NCBI GenBank assembly: GCA_046563655.1
Contig: CM102286.1
Coordinates: forward strand, 11,842,001 to 11,906,000
Length of the DNA stretch: 64,000 nucleotides
Direction: 5' to 3'
Origin: Yuukianura sp. NJ FZ-2021
Taxonomy: Eukaryota
Below the pieces are notes generated by a model. It worked only from the letters and a program-made list of their open reading frames with translations, was not told the DNA's origin and made no database searches. Shown here in pieces: positions 12,550 to 23,051 of this stretch. Within the stretch, counting starts at the first letter, position 1. Every line of letters starts with the position of its first letter. The position numbers and the translations under genes are program-made.

Positions 12550-15500
12550 TCATGCTTTGTTTGCCGTGGCGAGTCCAATCTTCTTAGCTTCAATCTCATA
12601 AACGAGAAGTCTCCACATCTTTACCACGAAAACTTCCGCTTCGTCGTCCAAAACCTGGAAACAAAAGTAAAATTGAGAATCATGCTCTCAAGTCTCAATT
12701 AACTTACCGAAGAAATCCTAAACTTTTAGGATTGCCACGAATTTCGTACCATCTGAACATCGTCTAGAATAGTCGCTGGATTACTCTTGGAAAGAACTTT
12801 TGTACAGATGAAGTCCACCAAAGTTGGTTCAGGCTCCCCGATATATTCCACAATTTTCTTGTTGATCCACGGTCTTATACGTTTCTCCATCAATACCTAA
12901 ACATTGCAACAAACTTATGTATTGCATAGTACTGATTCTGTTCCGAAGCATGGCATTACATCAGAGGTGATAGTCTGCAGGTAAACCTGCGCAGGTTGCA
13001 GGCCAACCTGCAGCCCGTGCAGGCGGGCTCAACCTGCGGTGGATTTTTGCAGGCTGCAGGCGTGCAGGTATTTATTTGGAGATGTTGCAGGCGGGCTGGC
13101 TCAGCCTGCAACGCTCTGCAGGCGCCTGCAATTAGCCTGCAGGCTGAGCGTTGTCGTTTTTGAGAGTTTTATTCTCAGAAACTTGAAGAAAAGATAGAAA
13201 CGAATAGAAAAATTACCTTAAAATGTTGAAGAATTAAATTCAATGGAACTATGCAAACTTTTTGCTGCATATTTAGTTGCACTATACGCCCTTTAAACAA
13301 TGAATCCGGAGGTGGAAATATGGTTAAGTAAAGTTGGCGTTACACTTGGCCGTGTACACAACGCAAGAAAGTATAACTTTTTTTTTATGTGCAAGGATCA
13401 AGGATTTTTAAAAGTTAAACAAATCGAACGTAAGGTAGGAGTGCCGTAAAACAATTTATTACTTGGAATTTTTCTCCCTACGTGTTTGGAATGGACACCC
13501 TACAGATAATCGAGTGTAATTGAGTAATTGTCGTAATACGCAAACGAATTTACGCAGTAGTTGTATGTGGGTATAAATTTTTTTTTGTAGATTACAGTAC
13601 GTATAAAAAATTGCAGGCTAACTGCAGGCAGCCTGCGCAGGCTGCAGGCTGGCCTGCCGAAGAGCCTTGCAGGTGCAGGCGTGCAGGCTGCTGATTTTCA
13701 ATAATTTTGCAGGCTGCAGGCGTGCAGGCTAAAAATTCCTGCAGTGCAGGCGGGGCAGGCTGGGGAAAACCGTTGCAGGCTACCACCTCTGCATTACATT
13801 AGAAAAAAAAACACATAAGCAGAAAACATATCAGCACAAAGGTATAAATAGGAAACAAAACACAGCGCAAGACACAGCAGAAACACATCAGCAGCATTTA
13901 CTTAATCATCAGCAATTATGCAATATTTACGTCTGCTTTTAGATTGGGTGGTTTGGTTAGGTTAATTACATGCTTCTGCAATTGCATTACCTAAAATGTA
14001 CTGCTTATGTCTCTGCTTACCTAGTTAACCTGAACCAAACCTCTATCAATATAAAACAGCCGCAAATATTGCGTACGTATGCAATATTTGTAAATGTAAA
14101 ATGTAAACAAATGTACTGCTGCTGTGTTTCTAGTTATGTTTTTTGTGCTGATGTGTTCTCTGCTGATGTAATAGGATGCACCCATCTGTACCGCCTTGCC
14201 TTACCAAACAATGTTAACATCGAACTTACGTTATCCACCATCGTCCAGTCGATTCCGTACGCAAAGAGTGCGTCTTTCTCGGTAGGAATTCTGTCAATAA
14301 GGGACTTAATGCTCTTCTTCTTGTCATCTCCACCGCCCACACCCCCAACATTATCTTTCTTCACCTTATTCGCGTCTCCATAATCTGCAAGTTACAAATT
14401 AAGTTATTAAGCTAAATTAATCGAAAATAAATCAATACAACAGATAGACTTACCCAAGGGAATGAGTTTCCTCTTCTTAGCTCCAAAGGCATAATCTTCC
14501 TCGTCCTGATTGAAGACGTCTTTAACATTCATTTTCTTCTTTTTCTGAAAATCGGGACTTTCTTGCAACGAGGAGTCATCTGATACGAAAATACAATGCA
14601 ACACAACTTATTACTAAAAGTCTCAATGTCACTCTCATAAAACATAACTCTCAGAAAATTACCTTCACGGTCAAACTGTCCAGAATCCGGCATCCCAGGA
14701 GAATTAGAATTTCCCGGAGTGAAGCTATTTCTCGTTCCATCATCGTCCGACTTGACATCGTTATTTGTGGTTATCCCTCCAACCGTAAAACCTGTATTCG
14801 TTAGGGACCTGATACTCGGACTCATTTCGACAATCGGTCCTCCGGCAGAAGGTGACACTAAGGAATTCGGTGTAGAGGGATTCGATGACTTTGGAGCTGG
14901 ACCGTACGTATTGAACTGACCAGCGGTGAAAGCAGTTTGAAGAGAACCACTGGTTCCACTTGATCTTCTCTCGTTTGGATTCTTCGAATGATAAGCAATT
15001 CCGTTATTATGACTACTGGTTTGTGGAGGTGTTGTTACTGCTGGTTGTCCTGCAAGGGCTTGCAGTCGAGCATTCACTGAACCACTTCCGACAACGGACT
15101 TCTTGGTGAGCAATTGAGGCTGTGAAGGAGACTGGGAGGTGCTCGCTGGATCTAGAATTGGTTTCTTGACTTGCTGTAAACCAAAATAAGTTCAACAATG
15201 AACAGTTAGAATTCTAAAAATTCTTTCCGTGTGATAATGTTTATGATAATTATGAATAGAAATATTGTTGAAGCAAAACAAAAGTAATTACCCGGTCCAA
15301 AGTGATTATAGGAATGACACCACTGCCAGGCAAAACGCCTCCACTCGTCAGAACTTTTAGTCTCATCTCTTCTATCTCCTCCCGCTCGCGTTGTCTGTCC
15401 CGATTGTCGGATTCCAATTCTTTAGTTCTGTCTGCCAGTCGCTTCTGAAGCTCTTTCCCCCTGCAATGAAAGAATATGAACCAATGCTTGGATATGGTAG

Positions 15501-18497
15501 TAATCCGGTCATCCGGAAGTTGATGATTAAGTTTGCATGTAAAACTCACTTGTAATATTTGGAGTCTAATTGTTCGTCATCGTAATCCTCAAAAAATTCT
15601 TTCATGTTCCTTGCTTCCTTTGCTGTCTGTTCCAACACTCGTTCCTGTTTATCCTTATCCTTGAGTCTGTCACGGCGCTTCTTATCCTCCCGCAGTTCCC
15701 ACAACCTTAGTCTTTCGTCGTAAGCGGCAGCCTTTTCTCGTGCCTTTTTGTCCTGCTTGCGCTGATCTTCAGCTTCTTCTTCTTCCTCTCTTTCACGATA
15801 CCTTCGCTTGTGTGGGGCGTTAGCCGGGGAACGATCTCGTGACCTGGATCTTGAGCGTCTTTGTCTTTCACGACTTCGTCTTCGAGAATTGGCCCATTCC
15901 CGTTCTCTCTCGGCATCCTATTCATAAAACAAAGATTTAACGATGAAATCGTTAAAAACAAAGTCAAAACATCTTTATCGAAGTGCTACTTATAGTAAGT
16001 TCTAAGCTCTTACCCTGTCTCTGGCCACCCGCTCCACACGTTCTTCTCTACTCCTACCTCGCCGATCCCGATCCCGACGATCACGTTCTCGGGTTGAGTC
16101 ATTCATGCGGGAACGACTGCGAGGTCCATCTGAGCTTCGGCTTGGAGATCTCGACCGGCGTGAGCTACTGTCTCTGTCTTTCCTTCGTCCTGGAGACCCT
16201 TCAGTGTCACGTTCTCGTCTACTTTTCTCTGCATTCTCCCGCTCCAGCTGACGTTCTCTTCTTTCTTTACTTATCTTCTTCCGTTCCTCCTCTTTTTCTT
16301 TCTCTATCTGCAAAAAACCAACACAACAATTAATAAAATTACACAACATGATAATCTCGTTCACTGTTCTGATTGAAGAAGAGCAAAATAAGAAAGGGGT
16401 ATCGTTTTCAAGTATGCTGCAATAAACGCACGACAAATTAATAAATATAATGAAATTGGTCGGGTTTACAATAGGTAAGAAAGAGGTCGATATGCTGGCT
16501 CTCCTCATTGCCATATTCAGGTGACGGATCCACTGGAACTGATCTTCACAAATTCCTAGATTACAAAAACGGCTTGATGCTTAAATTAACATCACCTATT
16601 TAATGACCAAGCGAGATGACATCTCCTCACCCAGCAACACACAACGAGGTGCTTCTTATACTCTTGTGTGGAGCAAATTATTCAATTTCGGAAGTCAAAA
16701 TTATTGTTTTTGCTAAAAACTTACGGCAGCACATACGGTGTCAAGCAGGACTTTGGCCTCTGACCAACAACAAATACGAAGTTCCCGCCTAGCACCATTC
16801 ATATCAAAGACTTAATCGAGTAGTGTCCAGCTTGGAGCTTGTCTCATCGCATTTCGTATACCTACCATTCCAAGTCATGTTTTTACAACACTGCGAAATA
16901 TTAACACAGTGTTGCAAGTGTAGCAAGTGCTAAATCAACTTTGGGAGATTGTCTTGTAAATCGTTACGTTATCAAACGCTTAATTAAAGGAAAACAAAAG
17001 AAAATGTCGAGCTGGAAGGGAATGAAATCATTCAATTAGAAAAAATGTTGTTTAGCAGCTAACTCACCGGCGGTTGCAACTGTGGAATCTAAACTCGTCA
17101 AACTTTTCCTATTGGCGGCATTCGCACTGGTAGATGGCAGAAAAGCAAGATGACGACAGCCGCCTAAGTCAATGGGAGGACCCATAAATTACACTCGACT
17201 CACGCACAAATCACGATTGACTTGCTAACAAGTCAGACTAAGAGCTAAGTTTCGACCTAAAATGGTACTTGTTGGAATAACATGTTCTGTCGAACAGCAG
17301 AATCTTCACGCATTCGTCTACATACGTTCATCCCCTAGTACTCCCTATTCTTCGTGTTCTCACCTTCATGTGTTCTCGAAACTTGATAATTTCCAGAGAA
17401 ATGATCTCACGTTTTCCTTCCTCGACGGCTTCATCATCACCAGTTTCCTAGAGGTAAAAAACAAAAACCTTATTCGAATTCAATTCTAGACTCACTAATC
17501 AGTTAGTAAGGTTTCTTACAGCATCACACAATGGAGCATCAAGACTCGCCAACTTGAGAAGATGAAGTTTGTCCTGAATAGCCTGCTTCGTAATAGGGTC
17601 CTTGTCTGCAACATCTGTTTTCATAATAGGCAATGATTATTACGTAAAGGCTGCATTACGCTTGTAACATCCGGAAATGGGACTTACCCGGTTTTTCAGT
17701 ACCAGGCGGCATATAACTGTCTATCTCGTCTTTGAACTCCCGAAACAATATACTGATCCTCATTTTTGAACGTGCGTCTCCCTCCTTCATCTCGTCGTCC
17801 ATATAATCCTCGGTATTTGCTGCATCGTCACCTTCTTTAGACTGGCCGTTATTCTTCTTTCGTTCAGCTAAAGAAAAAATTAAGCAATTTAACAGAACAG
17901 CCTAAATACGCAAATAATGTGTTGGTACTGGCCAATATGTATGTGAAACGTACCTTTAAACTCTTCAAAGACATCCTTCGTCTTCGTGTCAACCTTGACC
18001 ACAAGTTTCTTCTCCCCAACTTCAAGGTCATGCAGGAGCCGGACAGCTCTTAGACCGGCATCGGGTCCACCATACTCGCAAAATCCAAACGCTTGGAGCT
18101 TACCAGAAGCCCCTTGTACTCGTTTCCAATTTAAGACATAGCCACAAGTAGACAGGAGCTGTCGAATCATTGCATCTGGCCATTTCTCCGTAATATTTCC
18201 GACAAAGACTGTTACTGGAGGTGCAGTTGGTCCGCTATTTGGAAATGGGCTGGGATGATCCGTAGGTAGTAGATTCGGATTCAAATTAGGTTTAGCTTGG
18301 ATGATATATGATCCTCCTCCATGTCCTGGTGGCGGCCTATGTTTATGCATTCCATGCGGATGTGGCGGTGGAGCATTATTAAAAAACGGTGGCGGTGGGT
18401 TGCCAGTATTCGGAGGAGGACCGCTCATCATATTCGGCGGAGGTACTCCCATGAACATTGGATGACGTGGCGGTGGTAATCCATGTCGAAAGGACAT
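12550..18497 (-). CDS. RBM25: RNA-binding protein 25 (Pro-rich, RRM, RE/RD-rich, PWI); 12 coding exons
   Basis: RRM (TVFVGNITEK...NWKRVQGASGKLQAFGFCEY), KREIISLEIIKFREHMK, EKAAAYDERLRLWE and PWI (KRIRPWINKKIVEYIGEPEPTLVDFIC...VLDDEAEVFVVKMWRLLVYE). Exons 18497-17954, 17867-17688, ~17615-17520, ~17447-17364, 16307-16014, 15917-15550, 15460-15292, 15173-14663, 14579-14454, 14384-14230, 12896-12750, 12654-12550. Confidence 0.95.
12946..14184. mobile_element. Older degraded MULE-like inverted-repeat element that hosts the hAT MITE
   Basis: CAGCAG/ACATCAGCAC-type repeats at 13810-13900 are inverted against GTGCTGATGT repeats at 14115-14170. Central GGTTAGGTTAA / TTAACCTGAACC. Candidate 9-bp TSD TCTGTTCCG (12937-12945) / TCTGTACCG (14185-14193), 1 mismatch. 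Confidence 0.5.
12962..13791. mobile_element. hAT-type MITE in an RBM25 intron, with CTGCAG/TGCAGG subterminal repeats
   Basis: TIRs CAGAGGTGATAGTCTGCA / TGCAGGCTACCACCTCTG; 8-bp TSD CATTACAT at 12954-12961 and 13792-13799; dense (C)TGCAGG repeats in both subtermini. Confidence 0.9.
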
Positions 18498-19474
18498 CGT
18501 TTAAATCGACCTAAAATACAAAAACACGAAGAAATTAAAACACATGTGAGATGTGACCCCTTTATCTAATACCGTATTTACGGTACATTTATAAATTGTC
18601 GATACAGGCAAATAGACGAACTGAAACTAATTAAACTTATAAGTTGATAATTTTAAAACAAAACATAAATGTTACCAAATAAAAAATTTAACCTTAAAGA
18701 TGACCAATTACCGCAATACGTTTACTCTCAAGGACGTGTTACTTCTCTTAAGTTCATTCAATGGACAAAACCTGTTTAACTGAACAATGAAGTAACTTTA
18801 CTAACTTAATTGCTTTGACCGACGAAACAGAAACAGAAACAGCTGAAATCAATGAAAACTGAAATCCTTCCTTCCAACAGGGACTTTTTTGAGTTTTGGT
18901 TTTCTTTTGAGCCAAATAAACTTGAAGTTAACTATGGCTTTCTCCTCATTTGCATAGTCAAAAAATATTACCTTACCAGTGGCGCCGTACCTGCAGTGTG
19001 GAAGTGTCGCAAATACAGAGATGGGCAAATAAAATTAATTAAATTAAACAAAAATGAATTCCAATTAAATTAGAAAAGTAAATTGAAATAAATTAAATTA
19101 AAGTAAAGTAAAATGAATTAAATTAAATTAAATAAAAGTAAATTAAATTATAATAAAATGAATTAAATTAAATAAAAGTGAAATGAAATAACTTAAATTA
19201 AACAAGATTAAATTAGATTTTAAATTAAAGTTACAGTATTTGAGCCAGAAATAACATAAGTTTGAAATAAATTAAGAGGAACTGAAATCGTAGGTTTGAA
19301 CGTAGAACGCGCGTTTGCAGCTGATCACTTTCCTTCTACGTTTGCTCTCAAAGTTAGCGTAGAGATTTCAAGTTGAAATCGCACGTGTAAATTTTATAAA
19401 AAATTGAATTCTAAGGGAATGCCAGAAACCCCATAAGAAAGTACTTATTCATGTTCAGTCTTCACTTCATAATT

Positions 19475-20260
19475 TCTGAAAATTATATGGAAGGGACCCT
19501 TAAGGGTCCCCTCCAAGTGGACACTAAGTCCGGTTCAAATTTCAAAGAAATGAATTTTTCCGGAGCCCAACAATGTGAAAAAATTTTGAAAGTTTTTCAA
19601 AAATTCAAAGTACTGACCACGCCCAAAGTCCAGATTTTTTGAAGATTTTATGGAAGGGACCCTTAAGGGTCCCCTCCAAATGGACACCAAGTCCGGTTCA
19701 AATTTCAAAGAAATGAATTTTTCCGGAGCCCAACAATGTGAAAAATTTTTGAACGTTTTTCAAAAAATTCAAAATACTGACCACGCCCAAAGTCCAGATT
19801 TTTTGAAAATTTTATGGAAGGGACCCTTAAGGGTCCCCTCCAAGTGCACACCAAGTCCGGTTCAAATTTCAAAGAAATGAATTTTTCCGGAGCCCAACAA
19901 TGTGAAAAAATTTTGAAAGTTTTTCAAAAAATTCAAAATACTGACCACGCCCAAAGTCCAGATTTTTTGAAAATTTTATGGAAGGGACCCTTAAGGGTCC
20001 CCTCCAAGTGGACACTAAGTCCGGTTCAAATTTCAAAGAAATGAATTTTTCCGGAGCCCAACAATGTGACAAAATTTTGAAAGTTTTTCAAAAAATTCAA
20101 AATACTGACCACGCCCAAAGTCCAGATTTTTTGAAAATTTTATGGAAGGGACCCTTAAGGGTCCCCTCCAAGTGGCCACTAAGTCCTATGGAAACTTCAG
20201 AGAAATAAAATTTTCCGGAACCCAACAATTTGAAAATTTTTTGAAAGTTTTCGAAAATTT
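19475..20260 (+). repeat. Tandem array of a ~164-bp monomer (about 4.7 copies) carrying the palindrome GGGACCCTTAAGGGTCCC
   Basis: The ATGGAAGGGACCC unit starts at 19487, 19650, 19814, 19978 and 20142; copies are near-identical. Confidence 0.95.
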
Positions 20261-20264
20261 AAAT

Positions 20265-20760
20265 ATATCAGTGATCTACACAAAAATTTTCAGTGATCAG
20301 TGATGATTTTTCAGTGATTATTGAAAAATTTTAAACTGATGATTTAGCAGTGATCACTGAAAAATTGTCAGTGATTCCTGAGAATTTTTCAATAATCACT
20401 GAAAAATAAACGTTGATCACTGAAAAATCAGCAGTGATTACTGAAAAATCGTGGGTGATCCCTGCAAATCTGTGGTCACTAAAAATCATCAGTGCTCACT
20501 GAAAATTTGTTTAGTTTGTCACTGAAAAATCATCAGTGATCACTGAAAGCATTTTGGTGGTCACTGAAATATCATCAATGTTCACTGAAAAGTTTTTACT
20601 CTTCACTGAAGAGTTTTTGGTGGTCACAAAAATCTACAATAATTGTAGATTTTTAAATAAATAAAATAAATAAAATAAATTTCATAAATTATTTATGAAA
20701 TTGAAAATTCCTCGTGGATCACGGAAAAATCATCACTGATGCCTAATCACTTTCAATGTT
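20265..20760. repeat. Spacer of short CAGTGAT/ATCACTGAAAA repeats with hairpin AAAATCTACAAT-A-ATTGTAGATTTT
   Basis: Many degenerate TCAGTGATCACTGAAAA units in both orientations; perfect inverted repeat at ~20629-20653. Confidence 0.8.
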
Positions 20761-20804
20761 GATTAATTAGTGGTAATTTTAAGTTTAGGAAAGAAGAACT
20801 TTAT

Positions 20805-22165
20805 ACGTGGTCAGTACTTTGAATTTTCCGAAAACTTCCAAAAAATATTCATATTTTTGGGTTCCGGAAAAATTCATTTCTTTGAAATTTGAACCGGACT
20901 TGGTGTCCATTTGGAGGAGACCCTTAAGGGTCCCTTCCATAAAATTTTCAAAAAATCTGGACTTTGGGCGTGGTCAGTACTTTGAATTTTTTGAAAAACT
21001 TTCAAAATTTTGTCACATTGTTGGGCTCCGGAAAAATTCATTTCTTTGAAATTTGAACCGGACTTAGTGTCCGCTTGGAGGGGACCCTTAAGGGTCCCTT
21101 CCATAAAATTTTCAAAAAATCTGGACTTTGGGCGTGGTGAGTACTTTGAATTTTTTGAAAAACGTTCAAAATTTTTTTACATTGTTGGGCTCCGGAAAAA
21201 TTCATTTCGTTGAAATTTGAACCGGACTTAGTGTCCACTTGGAGGGGACCCTTAAGGGTCCCCTCCATAAAATTTTCAAAAAATCTGGACTTTGGGCGTG
21301 GTCAGTACTTTGAATTTTTGAAAAACTTTCAAAATTTTTTTACATTGTTGGGCTCCGGAAAAATTCATTTCTTTGAAATTTGAACCGGACTTGGTGTCCA
21401 TTTGGAGGAGACCCTTAAGGGTCCCTTCCATAAAATTTTCAAAAAATCTGGACTTTGGGCGTGGTGAGTACTTTGAATTTTTTTGAAAAACGTTCAAAAT
21501 TTTTTTACATTGTTGGGCTCCGGAAAAATTCATTTCTTTGAAATTTGAACCGGACTTGGTGTCCACTTGGAGGGGACCCTTAAGGGTCCCCTCCATAAAA
21601 TTTTCAAAAAATCTGGACTTTGGGCGTGGTGAGTACTTTGAATTTTTTTGAAAAACGTTCAAAATTTTTTTACATTGTTGGGCTCCGGAAAAATTCATTT
21701 CTTTGAAATTTGAACCGGACTTAGTGTCCGCTTGGAGGGGACCCTTAAGGGTCCCTTCCATAAAATTTTCAAAAAATCTGGACTTTGGGCGTGGTCAGTA
21801 CTTTGAATTTTTTGAAAAACTTTCAAAATTTTTTCACATTGTTGGGCTCCGGAAAAATTCATTTCTTTGAAATTTGAACCGGACTTAGTGTCCACTTGGA
21901 GGGGACCCTTAAGGGTCCCTTCCATAAAATTTTCAAAAAATCTGGACTTTGGGCGTGGTCAGTACTTTGAATTTTTGAAAAACTTTCAAAATTTTTTCAC
22001 ATTGTTGGGCTCCGGAAAAATTCATTTCTTTGAAATTTGAACAGCACTTAGTATCAACTTGGAGGGGACCCTCAGGGGTCCCTTCCACAAAATTTTCAGA
22101 ATTTCTGGACTTTGGGCGTGGTCAGCACTTTGAATTTTCCGAAAACTTTCAAAAAATTTCAAATT
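20805..22165 (-). repeat. Inverted tandem array of the same 164-bp monomer (about 8.3 copies)
   Basis: Reverse complement of the 19.5-20.2 kb monomer; palindromic cores at about 20918, 21082, 21246, 21409, 21574, 21739, 21903 and 22066 (three are variants). Confidence 0.95.
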
Positions 22166-23051
22166 TCAAAAAAGTCTCCACTGCAATTTTTGTAACAAGA
22201 TTCCGGCAGCTCAAATTCCCACTACCAATTAATTTAAGGTTTATTAACTTTAAAATTTTATTATATTTAATTAATTTTAGTTAACTTTAATTTTTTTTTT
22301 AAATTTTATTATATTTAATTAATTTTAGTTAACTTTAAAATTTTATTATATTTAATTAATTTTGAAAAAATTTTTGCTGCCCATATGCGATTTAGCATTG
22401 CTTCGCCTCTGTGGTATCACGAAAACTCAAAATAAAGTGAAAGTCCCATAGTTAACTATGGGAGAAAGCGATAGTTAACTCCAAATGGACACCGATTTTC
22501 TTTTGGAGGAAAGGAAACCTGAAGAGTGAAGAATCACAATTTTGAAATTCCCACTGTACGAAGACGACGCCGAGTACACACGAAGCGCGACTTTCAATAT
22601 TTCTTCGCTATTTTTATCCACGCTGTCAACTCACTCAGTCAACTTAAAATTTACATAAAACAAATAAAATTAATTACGTTAATTAATGTATTTCGTAATT
22701 GAATTAAGTAAATAAATTAAAAAGCAATGTCCCGCTGTGGTCTATAGTTTATTAATTTTTCGTCAAGCCAAGAAATGCTGACAAGCACAAATTCAAAAGA
22801 CTGCTTCTCGTCTGAAATCGTTTACCGCCATACTGGATCCATTTTCCCGCCATTTTTTGATTCACAATCATCCTCACGATCTCCGCATATCATCTTCAAA
22901 TAACAAGGCATACATAACACTAAACTACAAATAGATAATGGGTTTATCTGTGGATGCTAAAAGCATTGCGTTTGCGTTTAGCAATTTAGGCAAAGGAAGT
23001 ACTAAAGTGTTTGTTTTTCAAAAATTCTTTCTTTTTTAAAACGGACTGGGA

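Noticed and set aside
13592..13786. 64-aa Ala/Gln/Cys-rich ORF
   Set aside because: Translation of TGCAGG subterminal repeats of the MITE.
20335..20365. CTGATGA...GAAA resembling a hammerhead ribozyme core
   Set aside because: No stem II pairing directly flanks the core and no stems I/III are apparent; explained by the CAGTGAT repeats.
19475..22165. CRISPR-like array of regularly spaced palindromes
   Set aside because: The intervening sequences are near-identical rather than unique spacers, there are no cas genes, and the context is eukaryotic.
19451..22284. Repeated 63-161-aa ORFs (MEGTLKGPLQ...) in the arrays
   Set aside because: By-products of a 164-bp unit that is not a multiple of 3; frames shift between copies and A-run indels are tolerated.
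22444..22463. Perfect 20-bp palindrome TCCCATAGTTAACTATGGGA as an independent element
   Set aside because: It abuts the degenerate right terminus of the foldback and is best treated as part of it.
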